Shown here: piece by piece, positions 63,219-64,000 of the stretch
How positions within the stretch are numbered: position 1 is the stretch's first letter
How the letters are laid out: the number at the start of each line of letters is the position of its first letter
Origin: an uncultured Actinomycetes bacterium
GTDB taxonomy: Bacteria > Actinomycetota > Thermoleophilia > Solirubrobacterales > Solirubrobacteraceae
Assembly: GCA_963709935.1 (NCBI GenBank)
Contig: CAVPYM010000012.1
Coordinates: 110,761 to 174,760 of the forward strand
Reading direction: 5' to 3'
DNA: 64,000 nt
The notes under the pieces: generated by a model
Databases searched by the model: none
What the model was told of the DNA's origin: nothing
Seen by the model: only the letters and a program-made list of their open reading frames with translations
Made by a program: the position numbers and the translations under genes

Positions 63219-63892
63219 TGTACGTCATCGTCGTCGGCGGCGGCAAGGTCGGGCTCAACCTCGCACGGGAGCTGATCCGCAACGGCCAGGAGGTCACCCT
63301 CATCGAGGGCGAGCGGCGCGCCTACCTGCGCATCGAGCAGGAGCTCGAGCACGCGATCCAGTACGGCGACGGCACCGAGCTGTGGGTCCTCGAGCGCGCG
63401 GGCATCCAGCGCGCGGACCTCGTCGTGGCGGTCACCGGCGACGACGAGGACAACATCCTCATCTGCCAGGTCGCCAAGGAGAAGTACCTCTGCGAGCGGA
63501 TCATCGCCCGCTGCAACAACCCGCGCAACCTCCAGCACTTCAAGCTGCTGGGGATCCAGCCCGCGGTCTCGGCCACCGACCTCATCCTCAACCTCATCGA
63601 GCACGAGGTGCCGGGCCACGGCCTCGTGCACCTGCTCGACCTGCCCGACGAGAAGCTCGAGATCATCGAGGTCGAGGTCACGCCGGACGCCCCGGCCGCG
63701 GGCCACCGCGTGGCGGAGATCGACCTGCCGGACGGCAGCCTGATCATCTCGGTGCTGCCGCAGGGCAAGGCCGGCTTCGTGCCCAAGGGCGACACGGTCA
63801 TCAACCCCGGCGACGAGGTCCTCGTGGTGCTCGATCCGGGCCTCGAGCCGTACATCACCGCGCAATTCGCGCCCAACGGGCGCCCCGGCTGA
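63218..63892 (+). CDS. trkA: TrkA potassium-transport regulatory protein (TrkA-N plus TrkA-C)
   Basis: 'MYVIVVGGGKVGLNLAREL' and a C-terminal RCK_C region 'IEVEV...AGHRVAEIDLP'. Confidence 0.88.
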   Translation: MYVIVVGGGKVGLNLARELIRNGQEVTLIEGERRAYLRIEQELEHAIQYGDGTELWVLERAGIQRADLVVAVTGDDEDNILICQVAKEKYLCERIIARCNNPRNLQHFKLLGIQPAVSATDLILNLIEHEVPGHGLVHLLDLPDEKLEIIEVEVTPDAPAAGHRVAEIDLPDGSLIISVLPQGKAGFVPKGDTVINPGDEVLVVLDPGLEPYITAQFAPNGRPG

Positions 63893-63906
63893 GTCGCGCG
63901 GGCGCT

Positions 63907-63952
63907 GTGCGTGGCACCTTGACCCCGCCATCCGGGGTCAGGACGCCACACA
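63907..63952 (+). terminator. long imperfect GC hairpin downstream of trkA
   Basis: GTGCGTGGCACCTTGACCCCG-CCATC-CGGGGTCAGGACGCCACAC. It has no U-tract, as is common in high-GC genomes. Confidence 0.35.
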
Positions 63953-64000
63953 CGCGGCGCGGGGGAGGCATCGCGAGGGGGGGTGCGTCACCTTGTTCGC

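Overview
Very GC-rich, actinobacterium-like chromosomal core region; the taxon cannot be verified from the sequence alone. It is densely packed with housekeeping genes. These include a split tryptophan operon (trpE-trpG / trpD-trpC / trpF-trpB-trpA) interrupted by an IS110-family element, and a Liv-type branched-chain amino-acid ABC transporter with two binding proteins. DNA replication and repair genes are polA, uvrB (frameshifted), uvrA (LexA box, leaderless), a mutY-like glycosylase and a family-4 UDG. Also present are rpsA-coaE, DUF47-pit, panB-panD-panC plus a DUF2520 gene, tsaE-tsaB-rimI-tsaD, rex, an H+-pyrophosphatase, two APC-Usp fusion permeases and a trkA pair. I see no CRISPR array, prophage, recognisable defence island, tRNA or rRNA gene. 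The only DNA the gene models do not explain is the convergent intergenic locus at about 21.86-24.52 kb. It contains a ~100-bp inverted repeat pair, four phased 60-bp hairpin units, a 48-bp minisatellite (6.5 copies) and an IS1380-family element inserted into the repeat with a TCAGA duplication. Other points worth follow-up are a family-4 UDG ending in a Pro-rich linker plus a C-terminal QLGLF (beta-clamp-binding-type) motif, an orphan DUF4255 (Pvc16_N-like) gene between uvrB and mutY, and an IS110 left end that could encode a bridge-type ncRNA. Three independent single-site frameshifts (uvrB, IS1380 tnp, a Clp_N-like remnant) may be real decay or assembly error. Coordinates of starts not in the ORF track were derived by in-frame offset from the track and carry the usual start-codon uncertainty.
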